The notes beneath the pieces were generated by a model. It was not told the DNA's origin. It saw only the letters and a list, made by a program, of their open reading frames with translations, and did not search any database. A program made the position numbers and the translations under genes. Shown here piece after piece: positions 11,390 through 22,897 of a stretch of 33,240 nucleotides of DNA. Source of the stretch: Nemertoderma westbladi (lineage: Eukaryota > Animalia > Xenacoelomorpha); assembly GCA_032718475.1 (NCBI GenBank), contig JAUCBJ010005418.1, positions 1-33,240 of the forward strand. Reading direction: 5' to 3'. How positions within the stretch are numbered: the stretch's first letter is position 1; each line of letters begins with the position of its first letter.

Positions 11390-12810
11390 TGTTATTATTT
11401 ATCCGGTTTGTCGATCTACGCGTCCCCGCCGTGTGTGAAAGGTAAAAGAGTTTGTGTTGTTCGTCGTATATAATGTTCGGGTATATAAGTAGATATAGAT
11501 AGTGACCGTAATATAGAGTTGTATATGGAACGCGGGAGACGGTGATTGAAGTCCTGGTACTTCCCTAGCTAAACTAACCTAACTAACACCAATAACACAC
11601 TGAGATAACTGAATAACTGATTACTGGGTAACTGCTAATATATTGCACGGTTTGGCCTTGCTACAGTACCTAGTCGATGCTTCCCCCCCTGATTGGTTAA
11701 TATCCCTGTTGGCGCCCTTTGGAGTGTTTCCGTTCACTCCAGCTATTCTCTCTGTGTCAGGGGAGTAACCCCTGACCCTTATTGTGCGTTCTCCCTTCCC
11801 ACTTTGTTGGGGAGACACGAGTGGTTGATTACCCAATCTCGTGGCCCCCAATATTGCTTATCGGCTTGCTTTGTGGGGTGTTAGCGGGATTGAATAAGCT
11901 AACACTCCCCCCATGCTATCTTCCTGGTGAGAATATAGCATCCACCTAAAGGGCGCTACAATCCCGCTGGATCCCGATCTAGCATCGGGTGTGGGGTGGT
12001 ATTATTTTCTCTCGGAGCTGGCTTTCCAGGCCGCTCCCTATGGGTATGATAACGCTACCCTGTTCGCCTGGCGTCCCATGTTGGGCCGATCGTGCATTCC
12101 TCTCACACGATTTTTGTTTCCCCAACACTTTCGCCCTGACTCTACTCTTTTCTCACCCAGATTATCCTCTACTTCTCCTCTCTCCCGCTCTAACTCTCGG
12201 ACTTCCCCGTCCCTTACTCTGCCTCTATTCCTCTCTCCCCATGCTCGAATCGCATCCGCACTCTCTCCGCACTCCGCACTATTATTCCGTCCCTCAACCC
12301 CTCTTTTACTACCTTATCCCTTCTGACGAATCTCACCCCCCCTCCCGTGCCGTCGCACTCAAGAAGTGTGAAATCGTCTGGCATCTCGTCCATAGTGCCA
12401 TAGTCAGTTGCCCCCCCCCCCCCCCCCCGTCCCAGTAGCTAATTGAGAAAGGTTGTATGACTATAGTACTTACTTCGAGCATATATATTTCGTAGATTAC
12501 TGATTGCTACGTACGTACATACAAATTGCACTTATTTTGATTATTTAGATTAATTAATAGTTCGCACGTAAGTTTCAGTTTATCCCTCCTGACTTTGGGA
12601 ATCTGTCTATCTCTCTTGAGATGGTTCCCTCCCTGGGTCGTTTCCTGGTTACTGTCGCCCTTCTGGGATCTGTCTTCTGTCTTCGGACTCTCGCCGCCAC
12701 CTCCTTACTGATCCCGGTGGTTGGCCCCTTGGGTGCTGGTGTTATCAGCTCCCGATATCGCTTCACGGGCGGCCCCTCCGAGTGGCCCTGTTGTCTCCCC
12801 CTGGTGGCAT
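11390..12810 (-). mobile_element. 3' remnant of a second LTR retrotransposon (ORF tail, purine-rich UTR, PPT, LTR ~11390-11904)
   Basis: Minus strand GGGGGGAG-TGTTAGC (PPT then LTR start at 11904); candidate end ...TAACA at 11390 (alternatively 11366); basic ORF tail ends at 12575. Confidence 0.5.
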
Positions 12811-13784
12811 CCCATAAAACAAAGCACATACCAACTGATTTAATTCGCAATAGTTTAGAAGGAACTGCTGATATAGACTTTCCATTTCCACGGTTTGCTT
12901 GCCACACACAAGCTGTAGAGAGGATTGTTAAACTTGTCACTGAGGTTTCAGTGGCCGTGTGAGGGTTTACAAGACGAGATGGAGCAATTCGCAACAAGCT
13001 GAGATCTTACTCTAAGATGAAGAGCTTCGAAAGCAAGAAAGACTACATGGTCTAATCTAATATACTTTAACTGAGCTCTCTGACAGATACCACACAAACC
13101 TACTGTATATTTATACTAGAATATTTACTTTGGGTTTTAATCAAACATTGATATTATAATACTTTAGTTAACTCTTAAATATGTTTACATATTTAGTTTA
13201 TATAAAGGGATTGAAACATGAAATATTCAACAAACAATTAACATATTAACAAATTTTTTATACCTTGGAATTTCAACAGCAAATCATGCTTATCATTCAT
13301 TCTACCCCATGTAAATCGACCATTATGATTTAAAAGAGCACAAATATGGCTCCATAGGGCCACAGAAGTGCATCAAATTCAGATTTACTAATTTCGGATA
13401 ATTGCAGCTTATCACACTTATTATGCAGCTTCACCGGAGTATGTTTTTGGACATAAAAAACGACAAAATTGAGCTCAGTGAACAAAATATTGTCCCTAGC
13501 GTACAGAAATTAAATATTTCATAACTAAATCGACTATTGCGCTTCGAATGAGACTAAAGTGAGCTCAAGGGAGTGAATAGAAGCGCTAAAACCTTCAAAT
13601 AGACTGACCGTTTTCAAATGCATTATCGCGCCTCTACTTTTCAAACTTCAGAGGCTTTGGGGGGGAGCAAGGACTTAATCAAATTAAAAAAATATTTTGC
13701 ATGCATATTTCTAAAGCCCATGTGCCACTTTTTAGCACTAGCCATTCTTTGATTTCCAACTTTTGCAAAATTCGATCCACCCTA
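12811..13784 (+). mobile_element. 3' end of a hAT-superfamily (hATm-like) DNA transposon with a disabled transposase C-terminus (~12820-13055)
   Basis: FPRFACHTQAVERIVKLVTEVSVAV*GFTRRDGAIRNKLRS...FESKKDY; CHTQAVER..KLVTE is a recognised transposase C-terminal motif, here with premature TGA at 12960; terminus CACCCTA at 13778-13784. Confidence 0.65.
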
Positions 13785-13822
13785 TATATACAGACCAATA
13801 TTATTTTGGAAAATTTACCAGT

Positions 13823-14153
13823 GGATGATGATGATCGGCTTGCACTAGGGTGCAGTGCCAGCGGCCCCAGAAACATAGCGCCCCCAGATCTTGCGGTCAG
13901 CCATACAATTTCCTAATTCATTCCTGTTCTCAAGTCCTGTGTCCTTGAGCAGGCGTTTGAGGAAAGTCATTGGCTGTCCACCACGTCTATTCTCGCCAGC
14001 AGGCTGCCACAGCACAAGGTTGTGTACAGGTTGATTCTGCCGGCGGAAACAGTGCCCAGCAAGCATTAGATGGCGTTTCTGCAGGGTGATGCTAGGTCTT
14101 GGCAATGAGATGCTACCATATTTATATAACACCTCATTGCTTATGTGTGCATC
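13823..14153 (-). mobile_element. 5'-truncated RTE-like LINE, 3' end
   Basis: HISNEVLY...RHLMLAGHCFR..QPVHNLVLWQP..NRRGGQPMTF...DTGL...EL..CMADRKIW matches the C-terminus of RTE-type ORFs; short (ATC)n tail just after the stop. Confidence 0.75.
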
Positions 14154-14157
14154 ATTT

Positions 14158-14230
14158 GGTCGGTTCTGCCGGAATGCGGTGCGGTCTGTTCTACAGGAAG
14201 GCGCTCTGTTGGTCGGTTCTGCCGGAAGGG
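14158..14230. repeat. Short subterminal-type direct repeats GGTCGGTTCTGCCGGAA (2 copies plus a variant)
   Basis: At ~14158 and ~14211, variant GGTCTGTTCTACAGGAA at ~14183; abuts the LINE truncation point. Confidence 0.6.
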
Positions 14231-14535
14231 GACTGTTGGTTAATTTTATTAATTGATTAATAGATGTCTGTTATTTATTAATAGATAAATTGTCTGTTAT
14301 TAAAGATTTGTTAATAGAATACGTGTCATATAAATAATTTCAGATTTTTAAGTTTGAGGATGTTCTCAAATTCAGTTTCAAACTATCAGAGTGATACTAC
14401 AACATGTCTGCCATCATTACATTTACCTCTGTAATAATATCGACTTTACTTTTTCTGTAGGCCTAATAAACTTATAAATAAATACTATGATCTATAATAT
14501 TACAAGTAATAAATAACCTTATTAAAATATTGTAG

Positions 14536-15382
14536 ATGGAGGTAGCTCTACCATATGTATGCGGTTCGCAGATCGCCGACAACACTGTAATGCAGGCAGT
14601 TATTCTTTCTGTTAGCTATTGTCCAGCAAGGAAGAAAGAGGCAGCTGGAGCACCAACTGCCAAAAAACAGCGCACTTCATATCACACGCTGTTGTTCGCC
14701 CTGTAAGTTAATAAAATATTTAATAATTATATTGAAATTGAAATTAATACCTTTTTTGAAATAATATGTTACCCACTTAATATACATTTAACAGATGTGA
14801 AACACAGGATTCGATTTTCAGGAATTATAAAAATACCATAGCATCATTTAGACTGTTAAATTACAATTTAGCTTGACCAAAATTACCATAAAGTAAAATA
14901 TATCACGTTTTACTGTAGCTGAACATATATTTTATAAAGATTAAAAGATTTTATAAATACTGAAATATATTAACAATAAATAACATTTGAACCCTAATAA
15001 TTATAATTATTTTTACACTACTGCACTAACATTAATATTTTTGGAAATTTATTCAGATATTTAATTAGTGGCGAGACATTTGCCATGTTGGCTGAGCATC
15101 CCCATACTACGGCGTTATATTTTCACTCTGCTGGAGTTGGCGTCGGATCGTTCATACGGATAGTAGAACCAACAACCACTGGAAACACGATTGTTAATCT
15201 AACGGTGATACCCCAAACAAACACGATTGTTAATCTACCAGTGATTACCACGGACGCGAAGTTGGAGCTGATGAACGACCCGCCGACAATACCCCCAGTA
15301 TCGAGTCTTCCATCCCTCATAGGCTCATCGAAGGAACTCAAAAGGCTTTTACATGCGACTAGAATCATTGCAGTTACAACGG
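14536..15382 (+). CDS. Unknown spliced gene, paralog A (exons 14536-14702 and 15057-15382), putative OB-fold-like protein
   Basis: GT-AG phase-2 intron (CT|gtaagt...cactaac...ttcag|A) joins ...SYHTLLFAL to YLISGETFAM... in frame; a gtgagt donor follows at 15383; homologous to 19749-20494. The fold is inferred. Confidence 0.65.
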
Positions 15383-16331
15383 GTGAGTTTATTGTCATGT
15401 TTATTCTTTAATGTCATAACTCAACACACAGTTACTAAAATTAAAAATAATAGTATGTTGTAAATGTATATAACAATGTTCTGAATTTGTAATATAGAAT
15501 ACTAAATACGAAAGCTGTACCTGCAAAATATTCTTGAGAAAAAGCAAACTACATTGAACGCAATCTATAGTTTTTCATTTTTTCAATCTGATATATTTAT
15601 TATAGTGGTCATTTTGTGGCTAACAGTCTGACAGTTGGTATCAGACCATCTATGTATCTGACAGTTGCAGTTAGCGCACTAGGGGTCCGGTAAATCCTTA
15701 CCCCATGGGCTGTTACCTCTCTGACTGACAGCGCAACAGCCCCTTGCTGTATAGGGAAAAGGGCCCATTATGAATAATCAATAGGCCTACAGTCAGTCGG
15801 GCACTTTTGCAAATTTGGCCTTAGTTCAAATTTGGACTCTGATTTTCAAATTTGTACTTTTAAGTACAAATTTGGCATTAACTTTGAAAGCAATGCTTAC
15901 ACAGTGCTTAATTGTGCATTGCGGCATCCAAAACTTTGATTACCGGTATCTAAAGTCTTATTAAAAATTAAAATATTTCACCATGTGTAAAAAAATTTCA
16001 CCATGTGTGCGGCATATGGGAAATATTTATAATTTTCGAAAGTTCAAATTTGAACTCAAATGCCAATATTGTACTTTACTGCTGTATGTTAGCGCTAGGC
16101 TCTACCGGTACAGCACTAGGTGCTGCATGCCGGTACTAATTATGTATAGGCTACTTTCACTGTCTGACTCTCTGCCTGTACTTCAGTAGTATGACTGCAT
16201 AACCTACCAGTCAGTGCCAGAACTGCAAAACTGCATCATACATGCATTGCATAGGTTCGCCTATTCTGCTATTGGCCTTACATTTCCACTCTGAATTTAC
16301 AGATTTAAACGATTTAAACCACATATTTGCA

Positions 16332-17271
16332 ATGGAAGATATGGAAGATGTCCAACTATTGGAATGCGTGGCTGGACTGGTTGGTGCTGCAGCTGCTGAA
16401 GCTGATGCAGTTCCTGTTGAGGACTCTGGGACCGGGACTACCGATATTGATATATGTGTTACGTCTAAAGGAACCAGTACAAGCCAAACTAATGTGACTT
16501 CAAGCATTGGCGTTTCTGACCAGACCTCAGCCTCTGGGCTACTTCAGACGGTTGCGGGAAGCACAAGTCCCAGAACCACGGCTAAGACCAGTACCCCTGC
16601 GAAACGGCACTATAAGAAACGGGAGCCGTTTCCGACACCAAAACGGTCAAGTATATTTACCAAGAAATGCCGTCAACTCCTTACTGATGCGGAAATTATG
16701 CACTACCAACTAAGAGCACATGTATCCGTTTACATCGAGAACGAAAAATCAACTATCAAGCGATTTTACACCAGTTCGGAGAGAGCGGAGTCAGTTAGGA
16801 AGAAGCTAATGATGGATACTAGCTCTGGGACATATTCGCGAACCTCCAGTCCCTGTGGTAGTGGGGGTCAAATATCAATTCTCTCAGATGAAAGCGCTTA
16901 CGTACCTCTCCCATCGCCAATAAGTCGTCGTAAATTTGCTTCGAATTATACTCAGACCGATCACCATAAGACTGTGACTTACCAAGATGCAAAGGTGCAG
17001 ACTGATACTGTCAGGTCTGGGTGGGTATACGGCCACCGGAGCGGGTGCTATTGACCCAATGAAATGTGCCATATGCGGCAATACTTGGAGAAGTGGAAAC
17101 GGGATCGACGAGTGGATTGGCTGCGATAAGACTTCAGGGAGAAAGAAATGTCAGCGCTGGATTGAGGCCAGCTGCATTGGCATTGAGGTGAGAACTGAGC
17201 GAGATAGACTGAGTCTGAAAAACGTAAAGTGGTTTTGTGCGGACCACCAAGTGCAAAGGAAAAGGCATTGA
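16332..17271 (+). pseudogene. Ser/Thr-rich protein with C-terminal PHD-like finger, frameshifted
   Basis: CAICG...EWIGCD...CQRWIEASC...KWFCADH is a PHD pattern with the central His replaced by Glu; it lies in a different frame from ORF 16242-17054, with the shift between 16987 and 17054. Confidence 0.6.
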
Positions 17272-17526
17272 TAACTTTTTATAATTACCAATTTATATTA
17301 TATATTATTTCATATTATTTACAGATAATATACATAGGCAATGTTTGCATTCACTAATACATATTCGAAAGAATAGATTCTTGGTCTCTGGTTTTGTGCG
17401 GACCACCAAGTGCAATGGAAAAGGCATTGCTAACTTTTTATAATTACCAATTTATATTATATATTGTATCATATTCTTTACAGATATATATAGGCAATGT
17501 TTGCATTCACTAATACGTATTCGAAA
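17231..17526. repeat. Tandem duplication (~160-bp period) of the PHD gene 3' end
   Basis: GGTTTTGTGCGGACCACCAAGTGCAA...ATTCGAAA at 17231 and again at ~17390. Confidence 0.9.
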
Positions 17527-17904
17527 TAATAGGGAAGGAATCCATTTAGCAATTGGCCAGAATTACTTAAGCAATATTTTGTACGGTAATTAGAATAAGT
17601 ATTAAGTATTTTTTATATAATAATTATTTTGTGGTTTGCAATTTAAATTTACTTCGTAATAATTATTTTATAGTAAATTCGTTTCTATTTTTGAAGGGCA
17701 TAATAATTAACTTAAGCAATATATTTATATTTAGCAATATACAATACATATTATGCATGCATCAATAAATATTAATATTACATTATTTTGTTGATTATCA
17801 GAATTATCCGAAGATCAGTTAATAATACTTGGAAATTAACCCTTCAAAACCCTTAATTTACAATGTATAATACATAACGCATGATACATGCGTATAATTC
17901 ATAC

Positions 17905-18760
17905 GTATAATACATGGTATGATCTCTCCTTCACTATCAGCATCATCTGAGGCATAACAAAAACTCAGGTTCCTCCTACAACCTTTGTCCTCAAGGACAG
18001 AGTCGCTTCAAGGATGACTGAACAATGGGTAGTAGGGGAAGGCAAGTTTATCATTGAAGGTGATGCTGAAAGTGAAGGAAGATCTACAGCAATCTGCCCC
18101 TCATTAAGGTCTCCGTTGCCAATACCAGTGGGGCTGGTTGCAGTCGCAGTACTGGTAATAGTCTGACTAGGCCTACAACTTGCAGCATAACCGCTATTAG
18201 TGGAACTAGTAGTTCCCAAGCTAGTGGCACTAACAGTGGTACTGATTGGCACTCTAGATGGAGCTAGAAGTACCACAAATATCAGCTACCAAAACCCCAG
18301 CACAAGCAATGGAGCCTCTGATACCACTACCTGCCTGACTTCCTACATTTCTATATTTTATAAAGTCATTGCCTCTTAATGATATAACTTTGTTTAGCCC
18401 TTATCACCTTTTTTACCTAGCCGCGAAATAACCCAATCAGACAATACTTCAGCCCCCGCCCCAACATTGTTTGCACCCATAATTTGCCTAACTACTGTAT
18501 AAATAGAATCTTCTAGATTATTGATGACCTTTGTAGATTTAGATTGGGACTGTGCTTCTTTAAATTCTTGCATTCGTAGTTTGGATTCTTCTTTACTTAA
18601 ATTATGAACTTTCTGAAGATGTGTAGGGAGGTACTTCTGTGGCCTAGTGGGATCGCAGATAGTGCAGTCGTATATATAGCGGATTGGTTTCGAAGGAATA
18701 ACTTTGGAGGGTCCAGTGCCAGTTGGGGTAGAATCATCTGAATCAGAATAAGACTTTAGA
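17905..18760 (-). pseudogene. Decayed gene with one C2H2 zinc finger and an S/T-rich tail
   Basis: Open frame ~18760-18394, absent from the ORF track, contains CTICDPTRPQKYLPTHLQKVH (18666-18604); continues through frameshifts into ORF 17965-18276. Confidence 0.55.
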
Positions 18761-19748
18761 TAAGAAAGAATGGAGAGTGAAAAAAGCCTATTCCTAAACC
18801 TATTCTTAAAACCTATTCTAGGTAGGTGGGGTGCAGTGCCGGATTAAGCCTCAGATGGCCCTAAGGCACATTTTAGTAATTTCCAAAAATGGCCCGAAAA
18901 TTGATATTTTTCCGCAAACCCTTTCAAAAGAAAAAGCTGCTAAAAACAACTGAAATTGTGAAAATGTTGCGAAGGAAATATCAAGTTTTTTTGTCGGATT
19001 ACTGCGTGCAAATAAGTACTAAGTACTTTAATAATAAGTACTTCGCAAAAATAGTTTTCATCAAGAATTTTGAACATTACTAAACGGCATATTATGCCTA
19101 TAAATCCTTTGCTATAAAATGTGTAATGGTTTTGGTAGAACTTCTGAAGCTTTAATTTTTAATATATCAATGGGGGACCATTACCCCAAATCTATTTGTT
19201 TTATTTATAAAGCTACTATTCTGAAACTTTAATACAATTATCTGTGATCTTATATATACTATTAAATAGCTAGCTTCATAAACTCTTTGTTCGAAAAATA
19301 TGGCACTTTTTGAGCAGGTCGGTTTTTTCAAAAATTCTATAAATTTGTGGCATTTCTATGTAAATTAGCTCATGTTTAAGGATCTGTAATACCCTGCATT
19401 TAAGTTCTTGGTCCAAGACTTTGGTAAAATGGACCTAAAAAATGTAGGCTATCTTCTATGATGATTTTAGCACAAAATTATTGTTTTTGAAAAATTTAGG
19501 GGGGTTTTAGTATTTCCGGGCTATATTTTGAGAATAAATATTTTGTGATAGACAAAGTGTAACAGTTACAAAATCGGTTCTAGAAGATCCAATGGCCATG
19601 TTTTAACCCTTTCCGGCCGACTGTATATTTTTGTATACACTGAATTTATTTCACTACGAATTGCATAATTTTAACTAATTATAGTTGGTTTATAGTCATT
19701 TATTATTTGTATTTATATTATATATATAAATATATATAATATTTATTA

Positions 19749-20494
19749 TTAGATTATAGTCATTTCATCGTTCTCCGGTTTGCAGTCGGTGACGAAGACG
19801 TTTACAGTTGGTGCGGCCAACACAGAACTTGAGTTGCAATTTAGTAGAGGAATGTTATGGTTCCTCTTTCCTCGGAATGACGGTTCCATTAGTCGTACGG
19901 CCGCACCAACGACAAGCCCAGCGACAAAGAACCGATCGCTGTCTATTCCCCTTTGGTTTATAAGGGCGAAGGTTTCACCCGAAGAGAGATCTCTAGAGAC
20001 AATATAAAATAAATAATGTACTATTCTATATCTCATGACAATTAGAATTTGTTATTTACATTACATCTACTCATTCACTAATAGCTCATTCGGTAAAGCG
20101 CCTAACTTTAGACCTAGAATTAATGAGTCATTACTTTATTTTTATTGTGGAAAATTATGTAATCCCGCCCTGGAAATAAATATTTTATTATCTATTATTT
20201 ACAAAAACCTATACTTATTCTTTATAATATTTCATATAAACGTATACAATAGTGTAAATAAAATTTTGATACCTACATAAACATAAATTATCACATATTA
20301 TATAGAAACACTTACATCATGAACACCATTGTGTTGTAACTTAGTCGAGGTTTTTTGGACGGCTGTTCTCCTTTTCTGTCCCTTTTCTTTTTCACTCCGT
20401 TAGATACATGCAGTATCACAGCTTCCATGAAGGTGTGAGTCGAAGTCCCTCCCCTGGCCACTACTGCTTTAAGTTCAGTTGGAAGATTATTCAT
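19749..20494 (-). CDS. Unknown spliced gene, paralog B (exons 20494-20316 and 19992-~19749), probably 3'-truncated
   Basis: Phase-2 intron AT|gtaagt...tctag|A gives MEAVILHVS...KKPRLSYNTMVFMI-DLSSGETFAL...GLVVGAAVRLMEP...NIPLL, colinear with paralog A. Confidence 0.65.
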
Positions 20495-20513
20495 TATATT
20501 ATAAGGAGATTAA

Positions 20514-22066
20514 CCCTATTAAACCCGGGGGGGGGTCAATATGACCCCCCCCGTGGTTTTTTTATTATAATTCTGAAACAAACGCAGTTGGGAATCTGAA
20601 ATTTTATGACTTTTCCTAAAAATCTATTGTCTTCCTAGTAGTGAAAACCGTTTTCAAAAATATTGGGTACTTTTCGAGTTATAGCACCATTTTTTAACCC
20701 TACTTTTGGCACTTTTTTTGAGACGTTTTTTGAAAATTACATTTCATTAAATATGAATTGTAACATCTCTAATTTTGATTTACACCGGTTTTTTGGTGTT
20801 AGAAATTTGATGGAACTCATATCAATTGATTTAGAAATTTCAAACTTGTATTTTTCGGCGGGTACCAAATTTTGGTGCCAGCACCAAATTTTGAAATAAG
20901 TCAATTTTGTAAATTGAACGTTTGAAACTTGTTTTTTACGCAATTTGGGTTTTTTGGGTTTCTGGATTCGATGAAATATATACGAGTTGCACCAAGCGTA
21001 TCAAACTTGTATTTTTCGGTGCTGTGTGCAAATTTTGGTGCTAGCACGAAATTTTGAAAATCCATTCAATAGATAAAATTGCTTGTGACAATTTATTTCT
21101 TGCGTTTTAGAGGTTTATGGCTGTTCTGAATTCAATTGAAAATATAATTATCGAACTAGACATCTCAAACTTGTATTTTTCGGATGTGGGTGCAAAATGT
21201 GGTGCTAGCACCAAATTTTGAAAACCATCAAATATATCAATTGATTGTGTTACCTTGTTTCTTGCGTTATACGGGTTTGTGATGGTTCTGAATTCAATGG
21301 AATCAGTAAAAATTTCATAAGAGTTCTCAAACTTGTATTTTTCGCCGGTGGGTAAAAATTGTTGTGCCAGCACCAAATTTTGGAAAATATGCAAATTGAT
21401 AAGTAGATAGTATCACCTTGTTTCTTGCGTTATACGGGTTTATGAGGGTCCTGAATCCGATGGAATCAATAAAAACAGCACTGGACATCGCAAACTTGTA
21501 CTTTTTGGTGATGGGTACGAAATTTGGTGCTGGCACCAAAATTTGAAAAATTACGCCGAAAAACACAAGTAGCAATGATCTGGCATATTAGAAATGTATT
21601 CCATTAGAATCAGCGCCCTCGAAAACCTGAAAATGTGAATTTATAGCATCGTAAAAGTGAATTAAAAATTTTGTGTTCTAACTGAAAAGTGCTGGTTACT
21701 TGTTTTTTTCATTTTTTTCCTACGCAGAGAGGACTAAACAGCCATTTATAGTAATCATATCATTTTTTAATATTTTCCAATGTATTTTGCACCCCAGAAA
21801 ACCTGTATTGAAAAATAATTAGCCGAAAATGTAACTTTCAAATTTGGTGAAAATTGTGCACTACTTGTAATTTTGGTGCTGCAATATAACCACCCCAGTA
21901 CATTTTTTCGAAAATTTTTTTTTTCGGTCGGATCCAGACAAGTGATACCTACGTACAAACAAAAAATCAGACGTTTTCGTAAATATTTGTAGATTTTAGA
22001 GGGGGGGGGTCAATATGACCCCCTCCCGGTATTTGTACAACATTTTATAGCCCGGTACTAATAGGG
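20514..22066. mobile_element. piggyBac-like non-autonomous element (MITE)
   Basis: TTAA|CCCTATTAAACCCGGG ... CCCGGTACTAATAGGG|TTAT (13/16 TIR match); palindrome GGGGGTCAATATGACCCCC near both ends. Confidence 0.7.
20840..21545. repeat. Five ~163-bp tandem units inside the MITE
   Basis: AAACTTGTATTTTTCGG...AAATTTTGGTGCCAGCACCAAATTT (with variants) at ~20842, 21003, 21167, 21329, 21492. Confidence 0.85.
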
Positions 22067-22099
22067 TTATAGATTAAATTAAATGAGTTTAAGTAAATA

Positions 22100-22510
22100 T
22101 TTCTTAGTATTGCTAATTCTTAGTATAAATACAGAAAGATCTACTGTATAAATACAGAAAGATCTATTGTATAAATACAGAATAATAGGCATCATATTGC
22201 CCTGAATTGATTACACCACGCCGATATATTTATATGTAACTTTAATATGTAATGCGATCGACACTGCCAGATATTTTCCAGGTATTTATTCCTTCTACTA
22301 ATAGATATTAGTTTTCTTAATGATTTTATGAAATTCTTGTAATCTTACTCTTATTTTTTTTCCTGTATTTTATATTTATGTCATATATATCTTATATGTT
22401 TCTTATGTATATTGTATCTTATATGAATCTTATATGAATCTTATATGTATCTTATATATCTTGTATCTTATATGTATCTTTTATATATCTTATCTATCTT
22501 ATATTCTCAA
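22100..22510. repeat. AT-rich simple repeats
   Basis: GTATAAATACAGAA x3 (~22103-22182) and (TCTTATATGWA)n (~22390-22505). Confidence 0.75.
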
Positions 22511-22897
22511 TCTTAAAATTTAATACAAATTAATCTCACTATAATATATTATTTAGTAATGATTCTGTCGGCTGCTCTGACCTTATAGACCTATATCTTT
22601 TAAGAACTATAATACTTATATTTACTATATCCTTATATTACTATATCGTTATATTATTACTATAGCTCAGTATTATATTTTATACGCCTACTCTATTTAT
22701 AATATATAACATTTGTTTACTATCTGTTTAAAATATTTTTAAATGTGGTTGATTTTCAGAATTACTATGTAAGCTTAAGTTATAATTATGTAATAGTAAT
22801 TACGAAAACATAATTATTGTGTCATTTATGCCTGCTAATATAGTACAATGTCATATAATTTTGCACCACTTTCACTACTAGTAATGGTTTTATAACT

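Noticed and set aside
11710-11717. TGGCGCCC as a tRNA primer-binding site
   Set aside because: Not preceded by an LTR CA end, and it lies inside the inferred minus-strand LTR.
12575-12997. ORFs 12575-12997(-) and 12621-12962(+) as whole genes
   Set aside because: Both are chimeric across the junction at ~12811; only half of each is plausibly coding.
15606-15690. Third exon of paralog A
   Set aside because: The tatag acceptor gives an early stop in the required phase and no clear homology.
7537-19612. TTAACCCTTT ends at ~7537 and ~19603 as a TIR pair
   Set aside because: They are in the same orientation, so they cannot bound a single element.
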